A program made the translations under genes and the position numbers. DNA of 64,000 nucleotides, from the NCBI GenBank assembly GCA_046756545.1, contig JBHHWM010000002.1:5776-69775 (forward strand), given 5' to 3'. The notes under the pieces were generated by a model. It saw nothing but the letters and a program-made list of their open reading frames with translations. It was not told where the DNA came from and searched no databases. Source of the DNA: Rhodothermales bacterium (GTDB taxonomy: Bacteria > Bacteroidota > Rhodothermia > Rhodothermales > JBHHWM01). This document shows positions 1 through 10,029 of the stretch, piece after piece (positions within the stretch are counted from its first letter, which is position 1; the number at the start of each line of letters is the position of its first letter).

Positions 1-547
1 CGGCTCCGATACCGCGTTGCACAATCGCGTCCGAGACGTTTCCTTCCTCATCCACGACGAACTGCACGATGACACGGCCTTCGACGCCTGCCTTACGAGC
101 AATCTCGGGATAGCGAATCTTTTTCGAAATCCCCGGAAGGCCCCCGATGAGGTCGGGCATCTGTTCGACGACCACAAAGATTTCCGGTTCGGGCTCTTCT
201 TCCTCTACCGGCGGTGGCGGCGGCGGCGGCAGATTCTCCAGCGGTTCTTCGATGTCGAGGGAGGCATCGAGGTCCAGGTCGTCGTCTTCGATGATCTCGT
301 CGTTCGGGACCTCAACCGGTACCGGCGGACGAGGCGGCGGCGGTGGTTTGACCTCCTGCTTCGTCTGCTGGATCTCCTCCATCTCTACGATCTCCTGCTC
401 CATCTGGGTAATTTCCATCCCTTCGCCTCTTTCGAGGTTCAGCTTGGAAAGGCCCGTGAGAAACAGCAGCGACATGATCAGGCCTACCTCGATCAGGATC
501 GGGTAGCTCCTGCGAATGTCTGCTTTGGGATTTTTACGTATGGCCAT
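1..547 (-). CDS. tonB: TonB family energy transducer; the C-terminal end runs off the window
   Basis: It is absent from the ORF track because there is no stop in the window. My reverse-strand translation starts at the ATG at 547. It gives MAIRKNPKADIRRSYPILIEVGLIMSLLFL (membrane anchor), then Pro-rich spacers KPPPPPRPPVPVEVP and LPPPPPPPVEEEEPEPE, then YPEIARKAGVEGRVIVQFVVDEEGNV (TonB C-terminal domain signature). Confidence 0.85.
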   Translation of the reverse strand, partial: MAIRKNPKADIRRSYPILIEVGLIMSLLFLTGLSKLNLERGEGMEITQMEQEIVEMEEIQQTKQEVKPPPPPRPPVPVEVPNDEIIEDDDLDLDASLDIEEPLENLPPPPPPPVEEEEPEPEIFVVVEQMPDLIGGLPGISKKIRYPEIARKAGVEGRVIVQFVVDEEGNVSDAIVQRGIGA

Positions 548-813
548 GGTTATTGCGCTATGCTACACAGGTTACACCGACATGCCCTCCCACATGGGAA
601 TTCCCCAATGTAGGAGAATTGACGCACAATGGAAAGGTAGTTTTGCTATGCGTGCAAAAGAAACGTGCGCTGTCTAAGGCGGGTTCCTTGATAACCGGCA
701 GCTATGCATATGGGTTGGTTTCCGTTGTGTCAAGAAGAAAGTTATGCGTTGCTTCATGCAAAAGCTCTGCTTACAAGACCTGCCGAGGTAGCTAAAGTTG
801 CTGCAAAAATGAT

Positions 814-1185
814 CTACTTCTCAGCCCGTGTCCGGAATACACGGAAGAGCAAGACCGCCGCCAGCAGACCGAGCAGGTTGGCGAGGGCATCTTGGGGATC
901 GGGTGTACGCTCGAAGGGGAGGAGACTCTGATAGATTTCGGTAAGAACGGCATAGGCGGAACTGGCGGCCAGCACCCACCCCGTTCGGTGCCTCGACGGC
1001 GGGCCTACAGCACGCATCCACAACCATCCAAACACGGCAAACGCTGCAAAATGCAGGGTTTTGTCGAACGATAAGAGGTCGACTCTGGGGAGGTCCTCGC
1101 CGGGAATAGAGCAGGCGGCGAGGATACCCAGCGTCCAGGCGATAGCGAGAAGATGGGTGCGCGTGAGCGTCATGCTATCTTTCAT
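814..1185 (-). CDS. VanZ-like small integral membrane protein
   Basis: This is a 123-aa ORF with about 4 hydrophobic helices (LLAIAWTLGILAAC, LHFAAFAVFGWLWM, WVLAASSAYAVL, LANLLGLLAAVLLF). The FDKxLHFxxF pattern resembles the VanZ family. The start may instead be the internal Met at 1173. Confidence 0.5.
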   Translation of the reverse strand: MKDSMTLTRTHLLAIAWTLGILAACSIPGEDLPRVDLLSFDKTLHFAAFAVFGWLWMRAVGPPSRHRTGWVLAASSAYAVLTEIYQSLLPFERTPDPQDALANLLGLLAAVLLFRVFRTRAEK

Positions 1186-2806
1186 GAAGGCCGGAGAACT
1201 GTTCTTTCAGGACGAGAGGAAGCTGGGCGAGCAGGTCCGTCGCCATCATCGTGTGGGGAGCGTAGTGCCTGGCGTAGCGGTCGGCAGCGGCACCGCCCAG
1301 GTGGAGTGCGCATACGGCGGCGTGGGTGGGAGCAAGGCCCTGGGCGAGGAGGCCCGCGCACAGGCCGGCGAGCACGTCGCCGGTACCGGCTGTGGCCAGC
1401 GCCGCGTTGCCGGTGGCGTTGATATAGGCGGTGCCGTCCGGGGTGCCGACGATGCCGGGCATGCCTTTTAGGATCAGCACACAGTTCCATGCGCGGGCGT
1501 AGGTCTGCGCCGCGCGGATGCGGTCCGATACCTCCACCTCGCCCCCGATCAACCGGTTAAATTCGCCGGCATGCGGCGTAAGGATCCAGCGTCCGTTGGC
1601 ATGCCGGGCGATCAGGTCCGGGTCTTCGGCCAGCGCATTGAGCCCGTCCGCATCAATGACGACGGGCAGTTCGGCCCGTTGCAACAGGGTGTGGACGAAG
1701 CGCCGGGTGTCGGGGTGGCGTCCCAGTCCGGGGCCGACGAGGAGGGTGCGGGCTTTCTCCAGCCGAGGCGCGAGTGTGTCCAGCGCGCCGTCTGCCTGGA
1801 TGCCTCCGTCGGACGTGACGGGCAGCGCCAGCGTCGTTACTTCGGTGAGCCTGGCCGCCAGGATCGGCTGGATCGATGCCGGGCAGGCACAGGTGACAAA
1901 CCCGGCTCCCGCCCGCGCCGCCGCCACCGAGGCCATTACCGGAGCGCCGGTCATGCCGGGTGCGCCGCCCACCACCAGCGCCAGGCCCACGCTATACTTG
2001 TGCGCATCGTGAGCGCGCCGGGGCAGCCACGCTGCGATGGCTTTCTCGGTGGGAAGCAGAGCGCATCCCGGTGCCTCGCGTACGCGGTCGATCACGAACC
2101 GAGGAATGCCGATGTCTACGGTCTCGATGCGTCCGGATCGGGTGGGGCCGTTGCCGACGACGAGGCCGGCTTTGAGGGCTCCCATCGTAACGGTTAGATC
2201 GGCGCGAACGGCGGTGCCCAGCACGGTGCCCCGGTCGCTATGCAGCCCGGTCGGCACGTCGAGCGCGACGATGGGCTGTGGCTGTTCGTTCAGCCAATCG
2301 ACGAGGCCGCGAAGAGGCTCCCGTAGCGCATTTGTGAGTCCGGTGCCCAGCAGCGCGTCAACGTATACGCCGGGAGCCGGGTGCGCCGTCGCCTGCCCGA
2401 GGTTCTCAAAACGGCTCAGGTGCAGGCGTTGCCCTACATCGTGTTGCGCCAGGTGTTCGAGGAGATGCCAGTTGCGGGCGGCATCTTCGCTCATTGCCTC
2501 GGGAGCGCTCATCGCGACGACACGCACGCGGGCACCACGGGCATAGAGCGCTCGTGCCACGACGAAGCCGTCGCCCCCGTTGTTGCCTTTGCCGCAGAAA
2601 CAGGCGACGGTCTTGCCCGCCAGGGGGCCGAAGGTCGCTTCAATCCGGTCGGCGGCGGCGCGTCCCGCCGATTCCATCAGGGTGAAACCGGGAATGCCGA
2701 GCGTCTCGATGGCGAAACGGTCGGCAGCGCGCATGGCCTCGGCGGTGAGGACGGGCTGCATCGGAAAAGGGGATGCGAGAGCACGAGAGGGAGGGGGAGT
2801 GTCCAT
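1175..2806 (-). CDS. nnr: Bifunctional NAD(P)H-hydrate repair enzyme (epimerase / ADP-dependent dehydratase)
   Basis: It has the YjeF_N motif CGKGNNGGDGFVVAR and the C-terminal carbohydrate-kinase motifs HKYSVG...GAPGMTGAP and GTGDVLAG. I trimmed the start to the ATG at 2806 (MDTPPP) because the upstream gene stops at 2812. Confidence 0.9.
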   Translation of the reverse strand: MDTPPPSRALASPFPMQPVLTAEAMRAADRFAIETLGIPGFTLMESAGRAAADRIEATFGPLAGKTVACFCGKGNNGGDGFVVARALYARGARVRVVAMSAPEAMSEDAARNWHLLEHLAQHDVGQRLHLSRFENLGQATAHPAPGVYVDALLGTGLTNALREPLRGLVDWLNEQPQPIVALDVPTGLHSDRGTVLGTAVRADLTVTMGALKAGLVVGNGPTRSGRIETVDIGIPRFVIDRVREAPGCALLPTEKAIAAWLPRRAHDAHKYSVGLALVVGGAPGMTGAPVMASVAAARAGAGFVTCACPASIQPILAARLTEVTTLALPVTSDGGIQADGALDTLAPRLEKARTLLVGPGLGRHPDTRRFVHTLLQRAELPVVIDADGLNALAEDPDLIARHANGRWILTPHAGEFNRLIGGEVEVSDRIRAAQTYARAWNCVLILKGMPGIVGTPDGTAYINATGNAALATAGTGDVLAGLCAGLLAQGLAPTHAAVCALHLGGAAADRYARHYAPHTMMATDLLAQLPLVLKEQFSGLHER

Positions 2807-2811
2807 GGCCG

Positions 2812-4518
2812 TTAGACATTCGAGGGTATCCGGAGCGTGTCTTCCAGCGCGTTTTCCCAACGGGCGCGCCAGGATGCGGGTTCGGTGTTCCAGGTGGCCG
2901 GTTCGGGCGGTTGATACGGAAGGATCCGCCCTCCGTCCCATCGTCCGTTACCGTTGCGATCTACAAAGATGCGAAACCGGTAGGTTCCTTCCGGCAGCCC
3001 CTCGAAGAGGAAGCGTCCGGTGGAGTCGGGGCGTGTCGATGCATAGAGCCGGGGTGCCGCCTGGTCGTTCGTCACATAGAGTTCAACGACGAGGGTCCCG
3101 CTTGTGTCGTCGGCGACGGCAGCACCGCTCAAGCTCCCGAGTTCTCGGTCCGAGATGCGCTGAAACAGGCGCGTGTAGACCGTGTCGACCCTGCCGAGTT
3201 CTCGCCCATCGACGCGGACCTGGATGATCTGGCCGGGTCGGAGCGAGGGCGTCGGCGAGAGGTGGTAGGTGGTGCCGTCCCTGGAAGTCGGGATAAACGT
3301 AAGCGGCTGTTGGGTCGTGTCCTGCACGGCGACGATCCGGGCCAGGCGCGCTTTGTCGACCGGTTGGTTGAACCGAACACCGGGCAGATCGGACGGAGGT
3401 AGCACATGCGCGCCGGTTTCGTTCGGCGTTAGATTGTCGGGCGTGAAGCCGATGAATCGCAGCCTCAGCGTGTCGGCTACCGCCGCAGGCGTGAAGCGGA
3501 GCGTGTCGGAGCGTACCGGGTTGCCGCTGGAGTCGGCCACGGCAGTGGGGCGAAGCCGGTGCGGCGCGTCGGCCATCGCGTCGGCCAGCAGGAATACCTG
3601 CCGGGGGGCGTCGGGAGAGGAGTAGGCGGCGTGGACTGCGACGGGCCGGTTGGCGAGCGAATCTTCGAGCAGCCATCCGTCTGGGGCGAGGCTTGTCAGA
3701 TGGACGGCTTCGGAAAAACGCAGCGCGAGGCGGCGGTTGGAGGGCGTGCGGACCCGTTCCAGGACGGGCGGAAGGGTGTCGTGGCGCGTCGTCAGCCAGG
3801 GCATCGGGTGGCCGGTTCGGGTCGTATCGGCGGGGATCGCCGGGCGAGAGGGCACGGCAAAGACCTCGGCGGCGTCGGCACGGCGGTTACGATTGCGATC
3901 CTGGAGGGCGATTACGAAGTAGGGTTGCTCGTTCAGGTACGAGAACTGAAACCGTCCGCTCTCGTCGGTCTGGGTGCGGTAATCCGGGCGTTCCGGAAGC
4001 GTAAGAGGCAGGGTTGAGTCGGGAACGGCGTAGGCAAAGACATCGAGGCTCGCCACGCCGCTACTCTGCAATCCATCGAGCACCCGTCCGGCAAGCTGTC
4101 CCTTGTTGATCTCCGGCCCGGTGGAGAACGCGAAAGTAAGAGGCTGTTTCAGAGCGATGTTGTGGATGTCGCGCAGGTTCGTGTCGAGCGTGAAGACGTA
4201 CGTGGTGTTTTCCCGGAGGGTGCCGGGGAAGCGAATCTCTACCCGTCGCCCACGCCATTTGACGTCGAGTTGCTCGTCGATGGCCGGCGTGATGGACAAC
4301 GCGCGCGTAAACGACGCCTGATCGACGTATTCCGTGAATACAAGGCGCACCGACGAGGCGGTTACGTTGACGGCACCGGCTTCGGGTTCCGTCTGTTCCA
4401 GCGCAGGCGGTGTTCGGTCGGGCGGACCGCCCGGAGGGACGCGCGGGTTGGCACAGGAGGCGAGAACGAGCGTGAGAATCAGCGAGAGAAACGATGCTAT
4501 CGGGCGGAGAAAGCTCAT
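2812..4518 (-). CDS. Lipoprotein with N-terminal Ig-like (SbsA/Big_5-type) domain, function unknown
   Basis: It has a signal peptide with lipobox LVLASC. The segment PPALEQTEPEAGAVNVTASSVRLVFTEYVD is typical of Big_5-like Ig domains. The remainder is beta-rich and I could not assign it. Confidence 0.6.
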   Translation of the reverse strand: MSFLRPIASFLSLILTLVLASCANPRVPPGGPPDRTPPALEQTEPEAGAVNVTASSVRLVFTEYVDQASFTRALSITPAIDEQLDVKWRGRRVEIRFPGTLRENTTYVFTLDTNLRDIHNIALKQPLTFAFSTGPEINKGQLAGRVLDGLQSSGVASLDVFAYAVPDSTLPLTLPERPDYRTQTDESGRFQFSYLNEQPYFVIALQDRNRNRRADAAEVFAVPSRPAIPADTTRTGHPMPWLTTRHDTLPPVLERVRTPSNRRLALRFSEAVHLTSLAPDGWLLEDSLANRPVAVHAAYSSPDAPRQVFLLADAMADAPHRLRPTAVADSSGNPVRSDTLRFTPAAVADTLRLRFIGFTPDNLTPNETGAHVLPPSDLPGVRFNQPVDKARLARIVAVQDTTQQPLTFIPTSRDGTTYHLSPTPSLRPGQIIQVRVDGRELGRVDTVYTRLFQRISDRELGSLSGAAVADDTSGTLVVELYVTNDQAAPRLYASTRPDSTGRFLFEGLPEGTYRFRIFVDRNGNGRWDGGRILPYQPPEPATWNTEPASWRARWENALEDTLRIPSNV

Positions 4519-4550
4519 ATTTTTCTTACACGGGGTTCTCTCCCTTTTGA

Positions 4551-5159
4551 CTACAAAGAATCGTCTGATCGTTCACTCCGGAGGTTGAAGAACAGGTAGA
4601 TGGTAACGGCGGTGGCGGCGGCGATCACGGCTGGTTCGAGGTACCGACGCTTCCAGCTACCCTGGGGCGGGGCCCCTTGCGTTTCGGGAAAGGCTTCCGT
4701 TTCGAGCGTGAGGCGGTCGGTGCGGCGGATGGTATCGGTGAAAACGTCGCGGCACCGGTTTTCCCGGAGCAGCCGTCCGTCGGGTGCCGTCATCGTGTAA
4801 GAGAGGGCCAGCGTGACGGTGCGTGTAAACTGCTTGCGTGGGGCGCGTGCATACGCCACGCGGGCTTCTTCGATTTCGAATTGCAGCCGAGGCAGTGCCA
4901 CGCCGGGTACCTGGAACGACGTGTCGGCCAGGAAGAGGGCGCGGCCTTCTTGCCGCCACCGCCCCGAGAGCGCCGCACGTAGGTAGGGCATCTGCTCCGG
5001 TGCGTCGAGCAAGAACGCCTGCGCTGTGTCCGGCACCTCGGCCAGGCAGCGAACGGCGAGTTCCTGGTAGGCCTCCAGGTTGGTCGGTTGCGCGTGCGCC
5101 GGCCCGGTGAGGACAAGGAAAAGACAGGCCAAGGCGAAGCGGGTGCGAAGCCCCTTCAT
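4551..5159 (-). CDS. Hypothetical exported protein with C-terminal membrane anchor
   Basis: It has a signal peptide MKGLRTRFALACLFLVLTGPAHA/QP and a C-terminal hydrophobic helix AVIAAATAVTIYLFF. I recognise no family. Confidence 0.5.
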   Translation of the reverse strand: MKGLRTRFALACLFLVLTGPAHAQPTNLEAYQELAVRCLAEVPDTAQAFLLDAPEQMPYLRAALSGRWRQEGRALFLADTSFQVPGVALPRLQFEIEEARVAYARAPRKQFTRTVTLALSYTMTAPDGRLLRENRCRDVFTDTIRRTDRLTLETEAFPETQGAPPQGSWKRRYLEPAVIAAATAVTIYLFFNLRSERSDDSL

Positions 5160-5263
5160 GGTACGGTTGGTTGCAGGGTGAAGGTGTTGCGTTGATCAAG
5201 CAGACGAACCCAACACGAGCATAGCGACGGACGACTAAACCTGCAACCCGCTACTCGAAACCT

Positions 5264-6568
5264 TTACGCGTAGATCCCGCGCATGCGCAACGCCCCGGCG
5301 ACCTTGTTGATGGCGAGCACGTAGGCCCCGATGCGCATCGAGATGTCGTATTGCTGAGCGGCGTTATACACGTTGTCGAACGCGGCGCGCATGATGCGGT
5401 CGAGGCGGCGATTGACACGATCTTTCGACCAGAAGTAGCCCTGGCGATCCTGCACCCACTCGAAGTAAGACACCGTGACGCCTCCTGCATTGGCGAGAAT
5501 GTCGGGGACGACGAGGACGCCGTTCGCGTGGAGGATGTCGTCGGCCAGGGGAGTCGTCGGGCCGTTTGCGCCCTCTGCGATGATTTTGGCCTGGACCCGG
5601 GGCGCGATTTCTTTGGTGATCTGGTCCTCTTTGGCTGCCGGGACCAGCACATCGACGTCGAGGGTCAAGAGTTCCTCGTTCGAAATTCGTTCTGTGTGCT
5701 GGTAGCCTTCGAGCGAATTGTTGTTGGCGGTGGAATACGCCATCGCCGCTTGAATGTCGATGCCGTCGGCGTTGTAGTAGCCGCCCGACACGTCGCTCAC
5801 GGCCACGACGTTGCATCCCTGCTCGGTCAGCAATTTAGCCGCGATGGAGCCGACGTTGCCGAAGCCTTGCACGGCCACGCTGCACTGCGAGGGGCGCAGG
5901 CCCAGACGGTCCATTGCCCCCAGCGTCACGGTCATGACGCCGCGCCCGGTGGCTTCTTTGCGTCCCTGGGAGCCGCCCAGCAAGATGGGTTTGCCGGTGA
6001 CGACCGCGTTCGACGTCCGGCGGGTGTGCATGGAATAGGTGTCGAGAATCCACGCCATGATCTGTTCGTTCGTGTTCATGTCCGGCGCGGGAATGTCGCG
6101 TTCCGGGCCGAACACGTCGATCAGGTTGGCGGTGTAGCGGCGCGTCAAGCGTTCTAGTTCGCCCGGAGTCATTCCGCGGGGATTGCAGATGACGCCGCCT
6201 TTGGCCCCGCCGAACGGCACGTCCACCACGGCGCACTTCCACGTCATCCAGGCCGCCAGCGCCTTCACCTCGTCGAGGCTGACGTCGGGGGCATAGCGGA
6301 TGCCGCCCTTGCTGGGGCCGAGCACTTCGTTATGAATTACACGAAACCCTTCGAACACCCGTAGTTTCCCGTCGTCCATCTTCACGGGGATCGCCGTAAT
6401 GTGGATGCGAGACGGCGAGCAGAGATACTCGTAGAAGCCGGGGTCTAATGCCAGGATTTTCGCCGCGATGTCGAACCGATCCATCATCGACTGGAACGGG
6501 TTGTCGTGGTCGATGGGACCCGGCTCTTGATAGACGGCGCGCTCGTAAACGTTGCGTTTAAAGGTCAT
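5264..6568 (-). CDS. gdhA: Glutamate dehydrogenase (Glu/Leu/Phe/Val dehydrogenase family)
   Basis: It carries the catalytic motif [40 protein letters not shown] and the Rossmann motif [11 protein letters not shown] trimmed the start to Met59 (MTFKRNVYE), giving 434 aa, a typical GDH length. Confidence 0.93.
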   Translation of the reverse strand: MTFKRNVYERAVYQEPGPIDHDNPFQSMMDRFDIAAKILALDPGFYEYLCSPSRIHITAIPVKMDDGKLRVFEGFRVIHNEVLGPSKGGIRYAPDVSLDEVKALAAWMTWKCAVVDVPFGGAKGGVICNPRGMTPGELERLTRRYTANLIDVFGPERDIPAPDMNTNEQIMAWILDTYSMHTRRTSNAVVTGKPILLGGSQGRKEATGRGVMTVTLGAMDRLGLRPSQCSVAVQGFGNVGSIAAKLLTEQGCNVVAVSDVSGGYYNADGIDIQAAMAYSTANNNSLEGYQHTERISNEELLTLDVDVLVPAAKEDQITKEIAPRVQAKIIAEGANGPTTPLADDILHANGVLVVPDILANAGGVTVSYFEWVQDRQGYFWSKDRVNRRLDRIMRAAFDNVYNAAQQYDISMRIGAYVLAINKVAGALRMRGIYA

Positions 6569-6784
6569 GACGGGGGACGTGCTGAATTGAGACAACGGGG
6601 TAGGGTATGCGTGATAGCGGCACCCCCTTTCGAACGCGCTTTCAATACGCGCATTGCGATAAAGTTCTGGCAGGGGTGTATGAAAATATGGTAGGGATTT
6701 GCCGAAAAAAATACATAGGATTCTTGTGCAAGCATGGGGCATAGCCGCACGCCGGGAGCCCTCCGATAGGGCGGCGTAGCGCGG

Positions 6785-7300
6785 TCATGCCTCCTGCTGG
6801 CGGACGATCTCCCAGACGAAGTGCTTCAAGTCGGGCAGGATGAGTTTGTCGAGGGCCAGCTTGACCGCGTTGAGTGACCCGGGCATCGAGAAGACGAGGG
6901 TGTTCTGGTAGACCCCCGCCGTGGCACGAGAGAGCATGGCGGCGGGGCCGATCTCTTCGTAGGAGAGCATCCGAAACAACTCGCCGAAGCCGGGAAGTTT
7001 TTTTTCCAGCATCGACGAGATCGCTTCATACGTCTGGTCGCGCTTGCTGATGCCGGTGCCGCCGTTAAAGAGCACCACTTCGACCTTCCCGGCCAGTTTT
7101 TGCAGCACCTGCCGGATGATGGCTGGTTCGTCGGGGACGATGCGATAGAGGACGGTGGTATGCCCGGCTTTTTCGAGGCGCACTTGCGTCAGCCCGCCGC
7201 TGCGGTCGGTTTCTTCGGTGCGGGTGTCGCTGATGGTAATGACGGCACAGCGGATCTTGGCGTATTGTTCGGCAGAGGTTCGATGCGCTTTATGGCTCAT
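6785..7300 (-). CDS. moaB: Molybdenum cofactor biosynthesis protein B (MoaB/MogA family)
   Basis: It has the MoCF_biosynth domain motifs [21 protein letters not shown] and SMPGSLNAV. Its ATG overlaps the yidD stop (ATGA at 7297-7300). Confidence 0.8.
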   Translation of the reverse strand: MSHKAHRTSAEQYAKIRCAVITISDTRTEETDRSGGLTQVRLEKAGHTTVLYRIVPDEPAIIRQVLQKLAGKVEVVLFNGGTGISKRDQTYEAISSMLEKKLPGFGELFRMLSYEEIGPAAMLSRATAGVYQNTLVFSMPGSLNAVKLALDKLILPDLKHFVWEIVRQQEA

Positions 7301-7593
7301 ACGTGGGCGTGATGCTCATGAGGAGGGATAGAGGGGGACTCCGGCTTGGGTTCACCGAACCAGCGCGGAGGATCGTAGCCATGGCCGCCCCAGGGGTTGC
7401 ACCGCAGGATCCGCCATACGCTCAGAATGGTGCCCTTCACGGCACCGTACTTGCGCAGGGCCTGGATCGAGTAGTTGGAGCAACTGGGCGTGTAGCGGCA
7501 ATTCGCCGGGAGGTGCGGCGAAATGACCAACTGGTACCCGCGTACGAATCCGATGAATACACGGCGAGGAAGGTGACTCAGCGACCGAAGCAT
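7297..7593 (-). CDS. yidD: Membrane protein insertion efficiency factor YidD
   Basis: It carries [56 protein letters not shown], the canonical YidD signature. The start is probably MLRSLSHL at 7593, although the longer ORF extends to 7611. Confidence 0.9.
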   Translation of the reverse strand: MLRSLSHLPRRVFIGFVRGYQLVISPHLPANCRYTPSCSNYSIQALRKYGAVKGTILSVWRILRCNPWGGHGYDPPRWFGEPKPESPSIPPHEHHAHV

Positions 7594-7685
7594 AGCGACC
7601 CATAACGGCAAAATACACTGCGGACTTTAAACAACGGACGCTGCCGGGGTTCCGTCTGTGCGGACGTCCTGAAACGGGGCATCGG

Positions 7686-8453
7686 CTATTTTTTGGAGCG
7701 ACGATCCCGAACCGGACGGACGGGACGCTTCACCCGGCCGCTGAAGGTGCGGGTGCGAAGGCGGTTGAGAATCGAAGATCGGCGTTTGGACACCCGGTTC
7801 GCTATGGATTTGTCGGCGGACGGGTTTGCCTCGGAAGAGGCTGCCTCGGTCCGGTTTGACGCCAGCGCGGGCGAGGCGTCTCCCTCATCAACATTGTCGA
7901 AGAAGCGGAAGCGCTGGGGGTCGATGCCGAGCCGGGCCGAGGAGAGCGACGGGGCGTTCTCCGCCCAGTGCGGGGTGCGCCCGCCGTCCATCGAGACGGG
8001 GCTGTAGAAGTGGCGCGTCGTGATCGGGAAGGGGCGCTTGGAGGCTGGTGCCCGGTAGACGTCCAGCGCGATGCCGAGCGCCTGCCGCCAGGAAGCGGAC
8101 AGGCTGTGTTGGTTGAGGCTCAGAATATGGTTGCGCCGGGTCGACGGCTCGTTGAAGGCACTGAACTGGCGGGGCTCCAGCACCACTTCGCGGTACGATT
8201 CCCCCCGATAGGCAGTCTCTACCCGGTTGCGCACCACCCAGGCCACCAGCCGTTGCTCATGTGCGCGGTCGCTCTCGGAGTAGATGCACCGGGCCAGCCA
8301 TAGCACCTCGTCTAGCTGGAGCGGCGAGAGCCGGCGAACCTGTGCGCGCAAGACGGACGCGGGCGAAGGCGTAGCCGTCTGGGCCGTGGCCTCGTTCATC
8401 GAAAACAGGAAGAGCAGCGCGAGAAGCACCCCCCACCGATAGCCTGGTGTCAT
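7686..8453 (-). CDS. SleB-family (Hydrolase_2) cell wall hydrolase, exported, with a basic C-terminal tail
   Basis: The core is LWLARCIYSESDRAHEQRLVAWVVRNRVETAYRGESYREVVLEPRQFSAFN. I trimmed the start to MTPGYRWGVLLALLFLFSMNEATAQ (signal peptide). The C-terminus, KRRSSILNRLRTRTFSGRVKRPVRPVRDRRSKK, is strongly basic. Confidence 0.7.
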   Translation of the reverse strand: MTPGYRWGVLLALLFLFSMNEATAQTATPSPASVLRAQVRRLSPLQLDEVLWLARCIYSESDRAHEQRLVAWVVRNRVETAYRGESYREVVLEPRQFSAFNEPSTRRNHILSLNQHSLSASWRQALGIALDVYRAPASKRPFPITTRHFYSPVSMDGGRTPHWAENAPSLSSARLGIDPQRFRFFDNVDEGDASPALASNRTEAASSEANPSADKSIANRVSKRRSSILNRLRTRTFSGRVKRPVRPVRDRRSKK

Positions 8454-8683
8454 AAAGACGTGTCTTTCGTTGGCGATAGCGTGGAAGCGCCTTGTTGATG
8501 CGCAAACCGTGTGCCGCCTCCTTGTTGTTGCCTTCTTCTCCCCGGGCAGCCCCACCGTGTCCATGGTGCAGGAAAAATGTGCCGCCTGATGCGGCATCCA
8601 AATGGGAGTGAATCCAGGGTCGGTGGTTTGACTGGGGGCACGCCGCCCAGTACTTTTCCCGTCGAACCGAATGAACAGGGACT

Positions 8684-9076
8684 ATGGATACACAAGCGCT
8701 GATCGACCACGTAGTGTTTGATGCCGAGGGGCTGGTGCCCGCCATTGTGCAGGATCACCGGACCAACGACATCCTGATGATGGCCTACATGAACGCGGCC
8801 ACGCTACGCCGGACGCTGGAAACGGGCCTGATGACGTACTGGAGCCGCTCGCGCCGGGCGGTCTGGGTGAAGGGCGAGACCAGCGGCCACACCCAGGAAG
8901 TAAAAGAGGTCCGCCTCGACTGCGACGGCGACGCGCTGCTGTTCAAAGTGGCACAGCGTGGCGGCGCGGCCTGCCACACCGGCCACCGTTCGTGCTTCTA
9001 CCGTGTTTTTGAAGAGGGGCAACTCGTTGAGGCCGAGAGACCGGTTTTCGATCCCGGAGCGGTGTATGGGAAATGA
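8684..9076 (+). CDS. hisI: Phosphoribosyl-AMP cyclohydrolase (monofunctional HisI)
   Basis: It is 130 aa with the motifs [29 protein letters not shown] and DCDGDALL...G.ACHTG.RSCF. Confidence 0.92.
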   Translation: MDTQALIDHVVFDAEGLVPAIVQDHRTNDILMMAYMNAATLRRTLETGLMTYWSRSRRAVWVKGETSGHTQEVKEVRLDCDGDALLFKVAQRGGAACHTGHRSCFYRVFEEGQLVEAERPVFDPGAVYGK

Positions 9077-9135
9077 GGCCCCGGTTTCCATATCTTTGAA
9101 GGTGGCGTTCTCTACCGGATAGATCCCAGGCCCCC

Positions 9136-10029
9136 ATGCATTGCGTACTTGGAAAGTGCTCCCTCGCGCTCCTGCTCGTCCTTGTAGGATGCGAGCCCAC
9201 CGCTCAAACCGAGGAGTCCGGCGGAGCACCCTCGGTTCAAACCTCCATTGTGCCGTCCGAGGCGGTCATCGCCTCGCGGGTTCAAGCGGCGACGGCGCGG
9301 CTGGAAGCCGGTGAGGCCGGGGCACTCGTCCTGGCAGCCATCGAAAAGCACGGCGGCCTGGCGCGCTGGTACGCCAACGGGCCGCTCTTCTTCCGCTTCA
9401 ACTATCGCCCACAGGGCCGGCAGCCCATCGATACCTACCAGATCGTCGATACCTGGTCGTCGCGGGCCAGCCATCGCCTGGCGGCCGACTCGTCGATGGG
9501 CTTCGGCTGGGACGGGCAGCGGGCCTGGCGTTTGCCGCCTGAGGTGGATCTGCCCACCAATGCTCGTTTCTGGGCGCTCACGCCGTACTATTTCATCGGC
9601 GTGCCGTTCGTTTTGGGCGATCCGGGCGTGGTGCTCCATCCGGACGGCGAGATGGACTTCGAAGATCGCACCTACGATCTCGTGCGGGTGACGTTCGAAG
9701 CCGGCACCGGCGACGCGCCCGACGACTATTACGTGGTGCTCATCGACCGCCAGACCCGGCGTATTGGCGGCATGCGCTACGTCGTCAGCTATCCGGGGTT
9801 CTTTCCCGAGGGCGGCCATTCGGCGGAGAGCTTCATCGTCTACGATGGGGAGCAGGAGATCGACGGCATCCTCTTTCCGCAGACCTTCCGCACGTTCCAG
9901 TGGAGTGATGAAGACGGCCCGGGCGCGCTGAAAACAGAGACGAGCCTGACAGACGTGGCTTTCCGGCCCAACACATCCGACGACGCTTTTCACGTTCCCG
10001 AAGGAGCCGAAGTGCTCGAAGGCTACTAG
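9136..10029 (+). CDS. Hypothetical lipoprotein
   Basis: It has the lipobox LLVLVGC and ordinary amino-acid composition. The competing antisense ORF 9112-10143 has the R/H/A/G/V-rich shadow composition. It may be a LolA-like or DUF6503-type fold, which I have not verified. Confidence 0.6.
   Translation: MHCVLGKCSLALLLVLVGCEPTAQTEESGGAPSVQTSIVPSEAVIASRVQAATARLEAGEAGALVLAAIEKHGGLARWYANGPLFFRFNYRPQGRQPIDTYQIVDTWSSRASHRLAADSSMGFGWDGQRAWRLPPEVDLPTNARFWALTPYYFIGVPFVLGDPGVVLHPDGEMDFEDRTYDLVRVTFEAGTGDAPDDYYVVLIDRQTRRIGGMRYVVSYPGFFPEGGHSAESFIVYDGEQEIDGILFPQTFRTFQWSDEDGPGALKTETSLTDVAFRPNTSDDAFHVPEGAEVLEGY

Noticed and set aside
200-350. GGC/GGT-rich simple-sequence runs (for example ggcggtggcggcggcggcggc)
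   Set aside because: They encode the proline-rich spacer of TonB on the minus strand (PPPPPPP / PPPPPRPP). This is expected for the family and is not an independent microsatellite feature.
7621-7660. ECF-like words TTTAAAC ... CGTCT between yidD and the SleB-like gene
   Set aside because: The spacing from AAC to CGTCT is about 20 nt rather than 16-17. The element faces the plus strand, where no gene follows for about 1 kb.
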